From a virus (taxonomy: Duplodnaviria; Caudoviricetes), in the IMG/VR virus record IMGVR_UViG_3300046522_000316, positions 160,001 to 224,000 of that record: 64,000 nt of DNA; one strand, 5' to 3'. The notes beneath the pieces are model-generated. The model was not told the DNA's origin. It worked only from the letters and a program-made list of their open reading frames with translations, and did not search any database. Below are positions 1 through 10,200 of this stretch, one piece after another. How positions within the stretch are numbered: the stretch's first letter is position 1; each line of letters starts with the position of its first letter. The position numbers and the translations under genes were made by a program.

Positions 1-332
1 CCGCCGATAACCCACGCCCATTCCAGATTGGATGCTTCACACAAAACGATTGCGATTTGAATTGCTTCCGCAAGCGAACGTGCAACGTGGAAATCCGCAC
101 GGCCTTCAGGAACCACGAAGCTTTCACCGGGTGCAGAAGTGACCACGATATGCGGGCGACCGGGAAGCATACGCCCATCGAAAGATTCCCACGTCTTGCG
201 GCCCATGATCATTGGCAGGCCCATCGTCTGATCTTTGAACTGCTGCAAATCCCCCGGAAAGTGCCATGGCATTTTACCGTCTTTGCCGATACCGCCCTCT
301 TCGTCACACGCGAAAATAATACCGAGTTTCAT
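1..332 (-). CDS. folA: Dihydrofolate reductase, 5' part (runs off the left edge; absent from the ORF track)
   Basis: Manual translation from ATG at 332: MKLGIIFACDEEGGIGKDGKMPWHFPGDLQQFKDQTMGLPMIMGRKTWESFDGRMLPGRPHIVVTS...WVIGG. It has the DHFR motifs GIG-x3-PW, MGRKTWES, LPGR and IGG, and an ATGA overlap with the upstream gene. Confidence 0.96.
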   Translation of the reverse strand, partial: MKLGIIFACDEEGGIGKDGKMPWHFPGDLQQFKDQTMGLPMIMGRKTWESFDGRMLPGRPHIVVTSAPGESFVVPEGRADFHVARSLAEAIQIAIVLCEASNLEWAWVIG

Positions 333-616
333 TTCAGAATCTCCGGATTGAATTGACCCACGAAAATGTCACCGGCATGCTGATTGATCGGGCGCTTTAC
401 ACGCACGTGCAGCATACCGCGTTGGACATTGGCCGGTGTGGATTTTGGAACTTCGAAGTTATCCGAAATATTCTTCCGGAAATGTTCGACGTTCACAGGC
501 GCACCACTGACCTCGACCACGAAGTGTTTCGAATCACACATAGCGCGCAGGAAAGCGACAGATGCGTCGATTACTGGCTGCTTAGGATTCTTGAACGGGT
601 TGTGGTGGTCGCTCAT
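329..616 (-). CDS. Hypothetical protein (95 aa)
   Basis: Tightly packed in the minus-strand operon with 4-nt overlaps on both sides. Confidence 0.7.
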   Translation of the reverse strand: MSDHHNPFKNPKQPVIDASVAFLRAMCDSKHFVVEVSGAPVNVEHFRKNISDNFEVPKSTPANVQRGMLHVRVKRPINQHAGDIFVGQFNPEILK

Positions 617-921
617 GCCGCAGCCTGAACCTTACGGCGCTTGGACTTCGGCACCGTGATGTACGCAGTTTCCCAATAGCTGCTGATCTTTTTGTAATCT
701 TCCGGAACGTTTTCAGCAGTGAGGAAACGCATCGGATTATCGCCGCAGAAATGTTTGATTTCTTCGGTGTACGAAGTCTTCGCTTGGGCCAGACGTGGCG
801 CGCAGGTTTCGATCAACGTATCGAGTTGCATTGCTTCACCCGCGTCAGCACCTTCGAGCCAGTCAGTGTGGCCGATGGCTAAGGCACGTTTGGTTTTGTC
901 GCAGATAAGGTAAATTTTCAC
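613..921 (-). CDS. Hypothetical protein (102 aa), basic C-terminus ending in AAA
   Basis: GTG start and GTGA/ATGA overlaps with its neighbours. Confidence 0.7.
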   Translation of the reverse strand: MKIYLICDKTKRALAIGHTDWLEGADAGEAMQLDTLIETCAPRLAQAKTSYTEEIKHFCGDNPMRFLTAENVPEDYKKISSYWETAYITVPKSKRRKVQAAA

Positions 922-1250
922 TGGAATTTCTCCAAGATGTTCAGAGCTTGGCGATTCACGGCGGTGATCAGGCGAATCGGTGCGCCGGTTTTGAAAGCGA
1001 TGCTCGGATTGAAAACCGGCAGGCCTTTGAAGTAGCCGACGTGGCCTTCTTCCAGCGATTCAGCTTCGAAATAAACGTGGTTCTGCATTTCCTTGAACAG
1101 AGGAGAAATACGGCAAATCACGATTGCCTTCACCGGCATATCGGGCTTGTCCAATTGCTCGGCGTCGGGCAGTGCGTAGGCCTGTGTCCAACCGTTGGTG
1201 TGTTCGTAGAGACGGTCGGAAATGTGGCACGGCATCGCGTAATGTTTCAT
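918..1250 (-). CDS. Hypothetical protein (110 aa)
   Basis: Operon packing; RBS-like GGAG upstream. Confidence 0.7.
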   Translation of the reverse strand: MKHYAMPCHISDRLYEHTNGWTQAYALPDAEQLDKPDMPVKAIVICRISPLFKEMQNHVYFEAESLEEGHVGYFKGLPVFNPSIAFKTGAPIRLITAVNRQALNILEKFQ

Positions 1251-1253
1251 GAT

Positions 1254-1514
1254 TTACTCCAGTGTGATTTTGCGTTCGTTTTGAAACGTGATTGATGTTT
1301 TTGCACAGCCCGTAACGATCCGGGTTTTGCCGAGATTAAAACTGGGCTGTGACAGCATGTGCTTTTTCTGGATCAACTGAAAGCAGCCCTTGGGCCAGAC
1401 GTTCAGACTCAACAGGATTTCTTCGTAGTCCGCCGAAAGCTCAACTTCAAGCGGACAGAAAATATAGTGCAGCAGAAATTCTTTACGCTTTTTGTCGAAC
1501 AGTTCGGCGTCCAA
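1254..1514 (-). CDS. Hypothetical protein (86 aa)
   Basis: Fills the gap between operon genes; TTG start is uncertain. Confidence 0.5.
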   Translation of the reverse strand: MDAELFDKKRKEFLLHYIFCPLEVELSADYEEILLSLNVWPKGCFQLIQKKHMLSQPSFNLGKTRIVTGCAKTSITFQNERKITLE

Positions 1515-1515
1515 T

Positions 1516-2223
1516 TTATACGTCCTGTGGTTTTGGCGGTTGGGCCATCTGCCATTTGTAGTAAACGGCGATTTGGTCGGTGTGGTCGATCATGCGGCGG
1601 TGCATGAAAGAATCGGTATAAACCGGAATGCTTTTGTACCAGCCGAGGTGCCCATTGAAGTGCTTTTCAATGTCCGGCTCACGGCGCATTTCCCAAACTT
1701 CGTTGTTCATCGCCTCGTTAAATTCCGGCACCAAACGCGCAGGGATCAGGATAAGTTCCGGACGGCTTGCAGATTTGAACAGCAGTTCGCTCCACTGGTC
1801 GCCCTTCACTACGCAGTATTTCGCGCAGTCAACTTTCGCCGCGTAATACGGTGTGCGTTGGTATTCCAGTTGACGACTGAACTTGCCGCCCCACTGACCG
1901 AAAATGATTGGCGCACCGCGCACATAGGAGCGCTTCGGATCAGCGTAAACATCCGAAAAGATTTCAACCGAATTCACGGTGCCGATGAAACCACCTTCGC
2001 GGTTTTCGGGAGTCATTGGCGCCAGCTGAATGCAGGTTGTTTCCTTTTCCCACTTCACCAGCAAATCCATGTACGGCGCTGGCAGCAGAACGTAGGTTGC
2101 ATTCGACGACATGTCGAGAAACAGCCCCAAAGATTCGTGATTGTCTTTCGCGAAAAACGTTTGCCCATCACGTGGCAAATCCCAGTGGTTGAAAATATCT
2201 TCGACCGCTACATCATTATTCAC
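1516..2223 (-). CDS. Hypothetical protein (235 aa) with two similar internal segments
   Basis: Operon packing; RBS AAGGA; segments GFIGTVNSVEIFSDVY and GHLGWYKSIPVYTDSF. Confidence 0.75.
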   Translation of the reverse strand: MNNDVAVEDIFNHWDLPRDGQTFFAKDNHESLGLFLDMSSNATYVLLPAPYMDLLVKWEKETTCIQLAPMTPENREGGFIGTVNSVEIFSDVYADPKRSYVRGAPIIFGQWGGKFSRQLEYQRTPYYAAKVDCAKYCVVKGDQWSELLFKSASRPELILIPARLVPEFNEAMNNEVWEMRREPDIEKHFNGHLGWYKSIPVYTDSFMHRRMIDHTDQIAVYYKWQMAQPPKPQDV

Positions 2224-2235
2224 AGTATTTGTTCC

Positions 2236-2679
2236 TTACAGAAAGTAATCGGAAAGGCGGGCCTGTGACTGGCGCATTTCCACCTTGTGTGGCGTCGGGT
2301 CATTCCAACACGTTGTGAGAAATACATCCCACATTTTCATCATCGTGTCGATCATCGCTTGTGGGCTACCACGATCCGAATAACGCTTGTGGTAATCCGC
2401 TTTCAGGTCGGCACTCGGGTAGAACAAAACGAATGGGATTTGCTCACTCCACAAACCCACACGCAGGTTCAACCACGTAGGCAGCAGCACAGTGACACCC
2501 GGAATTTTCAGAGCCGTTCGAATCCGCTCAATGTATTGCGGAATATCGTCTTTCAACTCCGGCAAATCGAGGTCAACAAACGATAGGTTATTCTGCGTCA
2601 GTCTTGATTTACCAACGCCGGGAAAACCGCAGATAACGCGCACGCCTTCGGGCATCCTGTATTTGTCATGGGCTGTCAT
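2236..2679 (-). CDS. Small P-loop NTPase / nucleotide-kinase-like protein
   Basis: N-terminal strand followed by Walker A, VICGFPGVGKS, then FVDLD. Confidence 0.75.
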   Translation of the reverse strand: MTAHDKYRMPEGVRVICGFPGVGKSRLTQNNLSFVDLDLPELKDDIPQYIERIRTALKIPGVTVLLPTWLNLRVGLWSEQIPFVLFYPSADLKADYHKRYSDRGSPQAMIDTMMKMWDVFLTTCWNDPTPHKVEMRQSQARLSDYFL

Positions 2680-3200
2680 TCTTGCAGAGGCTCCCCGTCG
2701 TAATCTTGAAGTGGTGTTTTAGCAGCGACCGGTTGTGTCGGAATATCTTCGTCTGGCGCCATTTCACGCGCAAACAAATCCATGGCGTACCAAACCATCA
2801 TGTAATATTCGCTGTCTTTATATTCGTCGCCATCGTAAACGCGGCGGTGGGCGTCGTCGTGAACTTCTTTCCATTCATACAGGAAACGCCCGGTGGCCCC
2901 GGCAAACATTTCGTCGATGATTTGCGCCATCGTCCGCTGCATGTGGTATGCCTTCGGAATATTCGCAGTCAGCAGCTTTTTATCGAAGTTTGCGAACGCT
3001 ACAAACTCGGGCAATACGCGGTCGTAAAACTGCACGATCCAACCCATGCTTTCGAGCATTTCCTGCCATGCCCAAATGTCGTTGGTGAACTCGCCACAAT
3101 CACCGCGTGCCAGCCAACGCTTTTTAAAATCAGCGTTGAATTCATCCCGTGTTTTCTGTGCGCGCTCTTCCTCTGACGGGAATTCGGATACGTTGGTCAT
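2676..3200 (-). CDS. Hypothetical acidic protein (174 aa)
   Basis: ATGA overlaps on both sides. Confidence 0.7.
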   Translation of the reverse strand: MTNVSEFPSEEERAQKTRDEFNADFKKRWLARGDCGEFTNDIWAWQEMLESMGWIVQFYDRVLPEFVAFANFDKKLLTANIPKAYHMQRTMAQIIDEMFAGATGRFLYEWKEVHDDAHRRVYDGDEYKDSEYYMMVWYAMDLFAREMAPDEDIPTQPVAAKTPLQDYDGEPLQE

Positions 3201-3592
3201 GCAAGCACCGTCGCCGTTTGATTGGTTGGATAAATCACCGCGACTTTCTGGAACTTGTCCGGTGTGTATTGTGGGTCAGGCCGCATAACGGTGCCGGAAC
3301 AAATGCAGGCACACGCCGTTTTATCGTCAGGCATATTAACCATCATGCAATCGGGACTGCCCTGCTCACGCAATTGAAACAGCGTCATGTAACTGACTGC
3401 CAACAGGCGCCCGTTTTGCTGCGCAGTTTCGAACGCGGCGGGCCACAAAGTATCGTAGTCGAATTTCATGAAATGTTCTTTCATCGCACGCAATTCATCA
3501 CGTTTCATATCGTGACGACCGCACACCAGCGTCAGGCCCAACGCCAAGTGTTCCAGCGGAACTTCCCGTGGCATTTCTACGTGTGGAATCAT
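3197..3592 (-). CDS. Hypothetical protein (131 aa; start revised to MIPHVEM)
   Basis: The ORF-track start at 3922 lies inside thyA; the ATG at 3592 follows the thyA stop directly. Confidence 0.65.
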   Translation of the reverse strand: MIPHVEMPREVPLEHLALGLTLVCGRHDMKRDELRAMKEHFMKFDYDTLWPAAFETAQQNGRLLAVSYMTLFQLREQGSPDCMMVNMPDDKTACACICSGTVMRPDPQYTPDKFQKVAVIYPTNQTATVLA

Positions 3593-3597
3593 CGTGA

Positions 3598-4998
3598 TTA
3601 ATTTCCTGCAATTGGCGCTTTGATTGTGTCGTAGGATTCGTAACCGACCAGTTCGATATCTTCGACTTTGATACCACGAATCGAATCGACGGGGCCGCAA
3701 TTGATTTTCAGCTTCGGCGCCTTGTGGATAATCGGACGTTGCAACTGTTTTGCGACTGCATCCATGTGGTTCAGGTAAATGTGCGCATCGCCTTCCGTTA
3801 CGTGGAAGAAACGAGCGGTCAGGCCGTGCGCGTGCGCCAGCATTTCGGTAAGCATTGCGTACTGCGCAACGTTGAACGGCATGCCGAGGAAAATATCGTT
3901 CGAACGCATGAACAATTTGCAATCGAGGAAATGTTTCCCGTCTTTGTCAGTAACCGAACTGACGTTCCACTGGGCCAGCGTGTGGCATGGCGGCAATTGC
4001 ATTTCGTCCAACTGCGCAACGTTCCAGCCGGTCAGGATAATGCGACGACCTGCAATGTGTTTGTCGAGTTTCCCTTGGTGGAAAAGCACTTCGTTTTTGA
4101 TTGCTTCTTCAACCAGTTTAATCTGGTCGATTTCGCGGCGGATTGCTACGTGCCCACGACCGTTTTCAAAACCTGTATGAGAGAAACCACGCGAACCGTA
4201 TTTTTCCCACGCATTGTCGTAAAGTTCACTGGCCGGAATAAAACGAATGTCTTCCCATGCGCACCACTGCTTGCCGTACAGCGGCCCCAAATAACCGTCA
4301 CTCAACGCGTTTTCCGGAATGCCCCAGTTATTGAGTTTCATATCCAGTGCATCAAGCTGATCCGCAGTAGCTGCCGAGCTATCCAGCGTGAAATAGATTT
4401 CCGGATCTTTGAACGTGGACGGAACAGAAGGGACGCCCAAATCACGAAGGAATTGTCGAGCCGACAATAGCTGGCCTGACGTACAAAAATTCAAACGCTC
4501 CAACGTATCCAGTTTGCGACCTTCGTAAACCTCGGTGCCGGGCTTAACGTTGCCGTCCCAAATATTTACGTTCATTTCTTTCAGCGATTTCAGGTCGCAT
4601 TTGCCTTCGAGCATCCAGCGAATGGTTTCCTTTTTCATCGTAAGGAACATGAGACGCTTGCCGGTAATTGCCGGGAAATTTACACGCAAATCGAACTTCA
4701 GATTCACGTCACCGAATGCAGACATGGTTCCGATTTTGGTACGGTCTACGCGGCGCTCGCCGGTTTCCATAATGAAACGCAGCCAGTCGTTGTACTGATG
4801 GTCGAACGGGTTGTCTTCGAAGCTGACCTGTTCGCCACCGACGTACAGCAATTTTTCGATAGTGGTGTGTTTGATTTCACGCGGGCGACCGTCAGCCATC
4901 GTCTGATCACCAAAATCAATCGCATATTCTTTGCCTACGACGGTGTAGCCCTTTTGTTCGAAGGCTTCGACGGAGAGTTTCTGCTTACCGATGTTCAT
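3598..4998 (-). CDS. thyA: Thymidylate synthase (ThyA type) with N-terminal extension and large insertions
   Basis: Motifs LGPLYGKQW, RRII-x-TGWN, LPPCH (catalytic Cys), MRSNDIFLGMPFNVAQY and GDAHIYLNH; RBS AAGGAG. Confidence 0.97.
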   Translation of the reverse strand: MNIGKQKLSVEAFEQKGYTVVGKEYAIDFGDQTMADGRPREIKHTTIEKLLYVGGEQVSFEDNPFDHQYNDWLRFIMETGERRVDRTKIGTMSAFGDVNLKFDLRVNFPAITGKRLMFLTMKKETIRWMLEGKCDLKSLKEMNVNIWDGNVKPGTEVYEGRKLDTLERLNFCTSGQLLSARQFLRDLGVPSVPSTFKDPEIYFTLDSSAATADQLDALDMKLNNWGIPENALSDGYLGPLYGKQWCAWEDIRFIPASELYDNAWEKYGSRGFSHTGFENGRGHVAIRREIDQIKLVEEAIKNEVLFHQGKLDKHIAGRRIILTGWNVAQLDEMQLPPCHTLAQWNVSSVTDKDGKHFLDCKLFMRSNDIFLGMPFNVAQYAMLTEMLAHAHGLTARFFHVTEGDAHIYLNHMDAVAKQLQRPIIHKAPKLKINCGPVDSIRGIKVEDIELVGYESYDTIKAPIAGN

Positions 4999-5055
4999 AA
5001 CAACTCCTTTAAAAAGGCATTAATTGCCTGTTGTGCGTAATTTACTTATATACAT

Positions 5056-5065
5056 TATTTACAGT
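5056..5065 (-). promoter_or_regulatory. Candidate phage promoter motif ACTGTAAATA upstream of thyA
   Basis: Exact 10-mer also at 50826, 52703 and 63556; 58 nt upstream of the thyA ATG, in the AT-rich divergent gap. Confidence 0.6.
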
Positions 5066-5090
5066 ATTCCATGCACTGGGGGAACCACAC

Positions 5091-5384
5091 ATGGGCCAAC
5101 CTAACGTTCGTATCAATACTGACCTTTCCAGCGGTCACGGCTGCTGGCCTCCTACGTTGCCGATTCAGGCGTCAATGAACGTCTTCTGCAATGGGCTGGC
5201 TGAAGTGCGCGTAGGCGATGCGTACATGGTTCACCTTTGCCCCGGTAAAGGCGCACACCAAGGCAAGGCATTAACCGGCGCCACAAAAACATTCACCAAC
5301 GGCAAATTGGTTCACACCGTGGGCGGCGCTATTGATTGCGGCGACTTCGCGCAGAACGGTAGCCCTAACGTTTTCTCGGGATAA
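5091..5384 (+). CDS. PAAR-repeat spike tip protein (T4 gp5.4-like)
   Basis: SGHGCWPPT...VFCNG...RVGDAY..H-C...H.G...G..K.F.NGK....VG..IDCG....GSPNVF pattern; ATG at 5091. Confidence 0.92.
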   Translation: MGQPNVRINTDLSSGHGCWPPTLPIQASMNVFCNGLAEVRVGDAYMVHLCPGKGAHQGKALTGATKTFTNGKLVHTVGGAIDCGDFAQNGSPNVFSG

Positions 5385-5387
5385 ATC

Positions 5388-5774
5388 ATGGTTGATAAAA
5401 CATATCGGTTCTCGGACGTAAGTCTGTACGCCGAACAAATGCAAAACGCTTTGGTATTTGACGAAGATTCCGTCAACCAAAACATCCTGATGATTCTGGC
5501 TACACCGATTCGCAGCGCATGGTTTAACCCGTCGATTGGTTGCTTGATTCCTGAATACCTTTTTGATCCGGTGGACGAATTCACCGCTGACAAAATCAAA
5601 GACGAAATCATTAGCGTATTGCCGCGCAATTTTGAAACCCGTGTGATTGTTACCGGGTGCATTGTTGTGCCGATGCCTGATGATGGGCTGTTCTACGTCA
5701 CCATCCAATACGATGCGCCCGACCTGAACAAAACCAAAATCGTTTTCAACTTTAACTTGGGCCGGACATTATGA
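5388..5774 (+). CDS. Baseplate wedge protein, gp25-like
   Basis: SVNQNILMILATP...FNPSIGCLIPEYLFDP...ETRV pattern, expected size, position next to PAAR. Confidence 0.88.
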   Translation: MVDKTYRFSDVSLYAEQMQNALVFDEDSVNQNILMILATPIRSAWFNPSIGCLIPEYLFDPVDEFTADKIKDEIISVLPRNFETRVIVTGCIVVPMPDDGLFYVTIQYDAPDLNKTKIVFNFNLGRTL

Positions 5775-7234
5775 GTGAACGTGACGCTTTTCCTACATCG
5801 GTCGTTGACCTCGACGAATCTGCACTTTTCTTTGCAGAAAAATTGCGTGAAACAGGCGTGTGGGATGACATGCTGCCGACAAACGTTGGCGCATTCATTC
5901 AGCGTATTTTCGCGGGTTCTGCTGTCGGCCATCAACACGGTATCCACACCGCCGCACGTAACGCGTTTTTCGGAACTGCGCAGCGTGATTCCTCGATCTA
6001 TGCATTGACTCGCGGCCACGGTGTTTTCATGGAACGTCGGGCCGGTGCGTCGGTGACTGTGCGCATGCGTAACGGTTATCCGAACACAATGTTTGTGCCG
6101 CCATTCAGCCAGCACGTTGTGGACAGCACACCGTTTTATAATCCGGCGCAATATTACGTTGTTTCCGGACAGACCACCGATATCATCCTGACGCAGGGCG
6201 TTATCAAAACCAAAACGTTCGACCTCGACGCAATTCCAAATCTCGACCTGTTTGAATTCTTGATGGGTGAACCGGGTTTCAATGTCAGCACCGATCTTTA
6301 TGTGACGACCACTGATAAAAACACTGGCAACACCCGCACGTGGGAACCAACGGAACGCGGCCTGTACGAATACACGGCTGACGATTACGTTTATTTCCAT
6401 AGCACTACGGCCAGCGGCGACGTGTCGTTGATTTTCGGTACTGGTGAATACGGCGCGAAATTGCCGACTAAATCCACGCTGACAATTCGCTACGTTGTGA
6501 ACGAAGGCACGAAGCACAATGCGAAACTGCCGGGCATTCGTACCAGCTACATCGCCAGCCCAATGATTCAGGGCGAAACGCTGGAAACCACCAGTGGCGG
6601 CGCCGATCCGAAAACAGCAGCGTACTACCGCACTTATGCGCCGGTTCTTTACCGCGCAAAAGACAAGTGGATTTCCGTTGAAGAAATTGCGGCGGGTATT
6701 CGGAAATATCCGGGCGTTGCTGACTGCGCAGTTTTGGGCCAGCGCGATATTGCACCAGAAGATAAAACGTGGATGAACACAATCCGCGTTTGTGTGCTTC
6801 CGGAAAACACCGATAACTGGGGCGGATCGAATCCAAATCCTAAATCGGCAAGCTGGCAACAATTCGTCACGTGGCTGCAACCGAAACTGCATGGCTCGCT
6901 CGAAGTGCAGGCGTGGAACCCTAGCCAAGTGCTGGTGAAAGTTCAGGTGCAAATTGCGTTCTTCAGCTGGGCCGCACCGAACGTAGAAAACCTGATGCAA
7001 CAAATCGAAGAACGTATTTACGCACTGTTCAAAAAACGTCACGGAATTCTCAAACGTCGCGTGTCGAAATCCGACATTGAAAAGGCCTGCCGTCTGCCGA
7101 CCGGTGAAGTGGATTACATCGAAGTTCTGTCGCCAATTGAGCGGTCGATTGTTTTGGAAGATCCGACTTCCTATTGCGTGTTGGCTGAAAAGCCTTTGCT
7201 GATTCCTGTGATTTCGGAGCGTGTGGATGAATAA
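5771..7234 (+). CDS. Baseplate wedge protein, gp6/baseplate-J-like
   Basis: FGTGEYGAKLP, SGGADP-x6-R..AP..YRA.D..IS.E and YPGVAD motifs; synteny after gp25. Confidence 0.85.
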   Translation: MSERDAFPTSVVDLDESALFFAEKLRETGVWDDMLPTNVGAFIQRIFAGSAVGHQHGIHTAARNAFFGTAQRDSSIYALTRGHGVFMERRAGASVTVRMRNGYPNTMFVPPFSQHVVDSTPFYNPAQYYVVSGQTTDIILTQGVIKTKTFDLDAIPNLDLFEFLMGEPGFNVSTDLYVTTTDKNTGNTRTWEPTERGLYEYTADDYVYFHSTTASGDVSLIFGTGEYGAKLPTKSTLTIRYVVNEGTKHNAKLPGIRTSYIASPMIQGETLETTSGGADPKTAAYYRTYAPVLYRAKDKWISVEEIAAGIRKYPGVADCAVLGQRDIAPEDKTWMNTIRVCVLPENTDNWGGSNPNPKSASWQQFVTWLQPKLHGSLEVQAWNPSQVLVKVQVQIAFFSWAAPNVENLMQQIEERIYALFKKRHGILKRRVSKSDIEKACRLPTGEVDYIEVLSPIERSIVLEDPTSYCVLAEKPLLIPVISERVDE

Positions 7235-10200
7235 GATTGATTTTTCCGAATTGGATGTTGAATTCATCCGTTCGGAACCATTGTGGGGCGCCTTTCTCGA
7301 AGCCGTGCAGGAATTCCTGACGGCGCAAGTTCGTGACCCGTTGTCGCAGGTAATGGATATTCGCGATATCAAGGCCACGACGCCGCTTGTGTTTGTTAAA
7401 CAGGCGTTGAAAGACCTCGGAATTACCCTGCCGCCTGATATGATTGTTGACCCGGAACGTTTGTACAATTCCATGTACATGATTCCGCTTCTGCACCAAG
7501 TCACCGGCCTCGAATCTGCCACGCGAATGATTGCCTATATCTTGGGCCGTCGCGTGGTTTCGCGTGACCTCTACACCGAGGATTATATTTCGTTTTATGA
7601 GGAACCGTTGGGCGCGCTGCGTATCGACGGCGGCACGTGGTACAAAACAACGCACATCAATCTGGAAATGCAGAAAGTTCCTGCTGACCAGCGCATTACT
7701 TTGCCCACCGGCACAACGCTGAAGGATCGCTTCCTTTCGGCGTTTTTCTCGTTGGCGCCCGTGAACCTCGTTATCGACCAATTCTTTTTCAGTATTGAAA
7801 TCGAAAACATGGATGATTTCGCGATTCAGGGTGTGGTGTATCGCCAGCCAATGCGCCGCCTGATTTGTGATGCGGATTATTCGTTGGATAATGCTGTGTT
7901 TGCAATCGACGGCCCGGACACAGTGAACACCGGGGAATCGGCAAGCTATCGCCTGATCACCAAGGGTCAAGAATTCGAATCGAACGAATGGACTTCTACG
8001 CATCCCGGTTTGGTTTCGGTTAAACAGGGATTCGCTACGTTCTCCGGATTCCAACAGGATACTTTGATTACTTTGCAGGCCACCATTCGCGGCCAGATCG
8101 TCACCAAAAACGTGACAGTTAAAATGGGCATGCAAGATATTCGAATGCTGGTTATCGACGGCCCGGATGAAATCCTTTCGACACAATCCGGCGATTATCG
8201 TGTGGTGGTTTATCACTCGACGGGCAACGACGTTATTCCGGTTGACCTGAAAGTTTTGAGTCCCTACGCGTATTTCGTGGGCAGCACTTTGCACGGTCGC
8301 AACCTGACCGAGGATCAAGAAGTTTTGGTCAGTTGCAAAGTTGTAATCAATGGCATTTCTTACGCCGCTTCCAAACACGTGAAAATGCGTTTCGTTGATC
8401 CGAATGTGCATTTGGTTGGCCTCACTATTTCCGGTGCAAACCGTTTGAAAGAGGGATCAGCTTCGCAGCTTTATGCGACTGCGTTTTTCTCTGACGGTTC
8501 GAGCGCCGATGTATTGTCTAACTGGGGTTCGAGTTCGCCTGTCGTTGCAATTGATAACGGGCTAGCTTCGACGATGTTGGTAAACGGCGAAACCGATGTG
8601 GAAATCACCGCTGAATATGGTTTCCGTCAAATCGTAATGACCGCGCAGCACGAAGCCACGGTTTATCCGGAATTCCTGCAACAGGCGAGTCTTTCGATCA
8701 TTGGCCCAACGCTCGTTAGCGAAATGGAACGTGCGCAATATACCTGTCTGGCAATTATGTCTGACGGCACTTCGACCACCGTTGTTCCTGAATGGTTTGT
8801 AACGGAATTTCAAATCAGTCCTACCGGTGTTTTCACAGCCGGTTATGTTGACGATCAAATCAACATGGAAGTGCGCGCACAATACGGCGGAATGACTCAA
8901 GTTCTTCCGATCACCGTAGAGCGCCCACCGGTCACGCTGCAACAATTGCTGATCGTTGGCCCCGACACGGTGAAAGAAGGGAATATCAACCGCTACGAAG
9001 CCTACGCGCAATACACTGACGGCCACATTAAACCAATCGAACCTATTTGGGCACTCAATCCAGTAATCGAATGGGCTGATTTGATCGAAGGCGAATTGCT
9101 CATTGGCCCGCCTGAAGAACCGCTGATCAATATGCAGGTTTCGTATGCGGAAGGTTCGCGGATTTATCAGCAGACAAAAACAATTGTTTGCATCGGTGCA
9201 ACAAACAGCATTCAAGGCCTGATGATCACAGGCCCGAACGAAGTAAATGCACTGGATCGAATTGTTCTCACGGCAACCGCGATGTATGAGGATGGTTCTT
9301 TTGCAACGGTGCATCCGCAGTGGGAAGTTTTCACGCTCGACGTTAACGCGGAATTCGTTGCTGCTGACATTGCAGGTTATGGCGTCGTTACCGGGCGCAA
9401 TGTTGATTTCGATATGCCTGTGACAATCCGTGCGACCTATTTCCAAGAAACCGCAGAATATACGGTGCTGGTGAAATATGTTGCGGTGAAAGGCCCCGAC
9501 GTTCCGGTCAGCAGTCGCATTATCGGTAACGCAGTTATTTATTCGACGCAAATTGCATCGTTTAGTCAGGCAATTCTGTTTAAACAATGCACGAATGAAT
9601 TGCTCGTTTCTTCAGATTGGACTGTCGATAATACGAACGTCGTCGTTGATGAAAACGGATTCGTTACCTGCAAACTCAATCAGGATATGACGTTCACAAT
9701 TACTGCCGTTTGGTCGTGTGGTGGATACACCGTTACGGATTCCATGGCGGTGACAGTTGTCCCGGTTGATGCTGCATATATCGGCCTCGGAATTACTGGC
9801 CCCGACACGATTCAAATCGGGGTAAAAGAACGTTACTCGGCTGAAGCGTACACGCCTGATTCCGGTATCGTTGCGGGCCAAGGTGTGCCAGTCACGCCGA
9901 AATGGCAAATCATTACGGACGCGTTGAATATTCACATGTTCGATGATGGTCAGGTGATGGTGCAAAACGCCGTAGTGAATCAGACGTTCACAATCAGCGG
10001 TGAATTCCAGTTCGAAAACACGATTGTAACCGGAACAAAAACGGTGCGTGTGTTGGGCAGCGGGCCGATCTATTGCACAGGCCAAGAAGAAACCGTAGAT
10101 TTCTCTACGTTGTTCTCCAAATCTATCATGATTTCCGAACAAGCTTTCCGCGATGATTTCGTGGGTTACGGTTACATGATGGTGCCAACTGTTTTCGGTG

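Noticed and set aside
4300-4555. ThyA insertion as an intein or group I intron/homing endonuclease
   Set aside because: The frame is continuous, there are no Cys/Ser...His-Asn intein ends or LAGLIDADG/HNH/GIY-YIG motifs, and it is too short.
3598-4998. ThyA as a dCMP/dUMP hydroxymethylase indicating modified DNA
   Set aside because: The specificity residue is Asn (PFNVAQY), as in canonical dUMP methylases, and a DHFR is linked. No modification genes are seen in the window.
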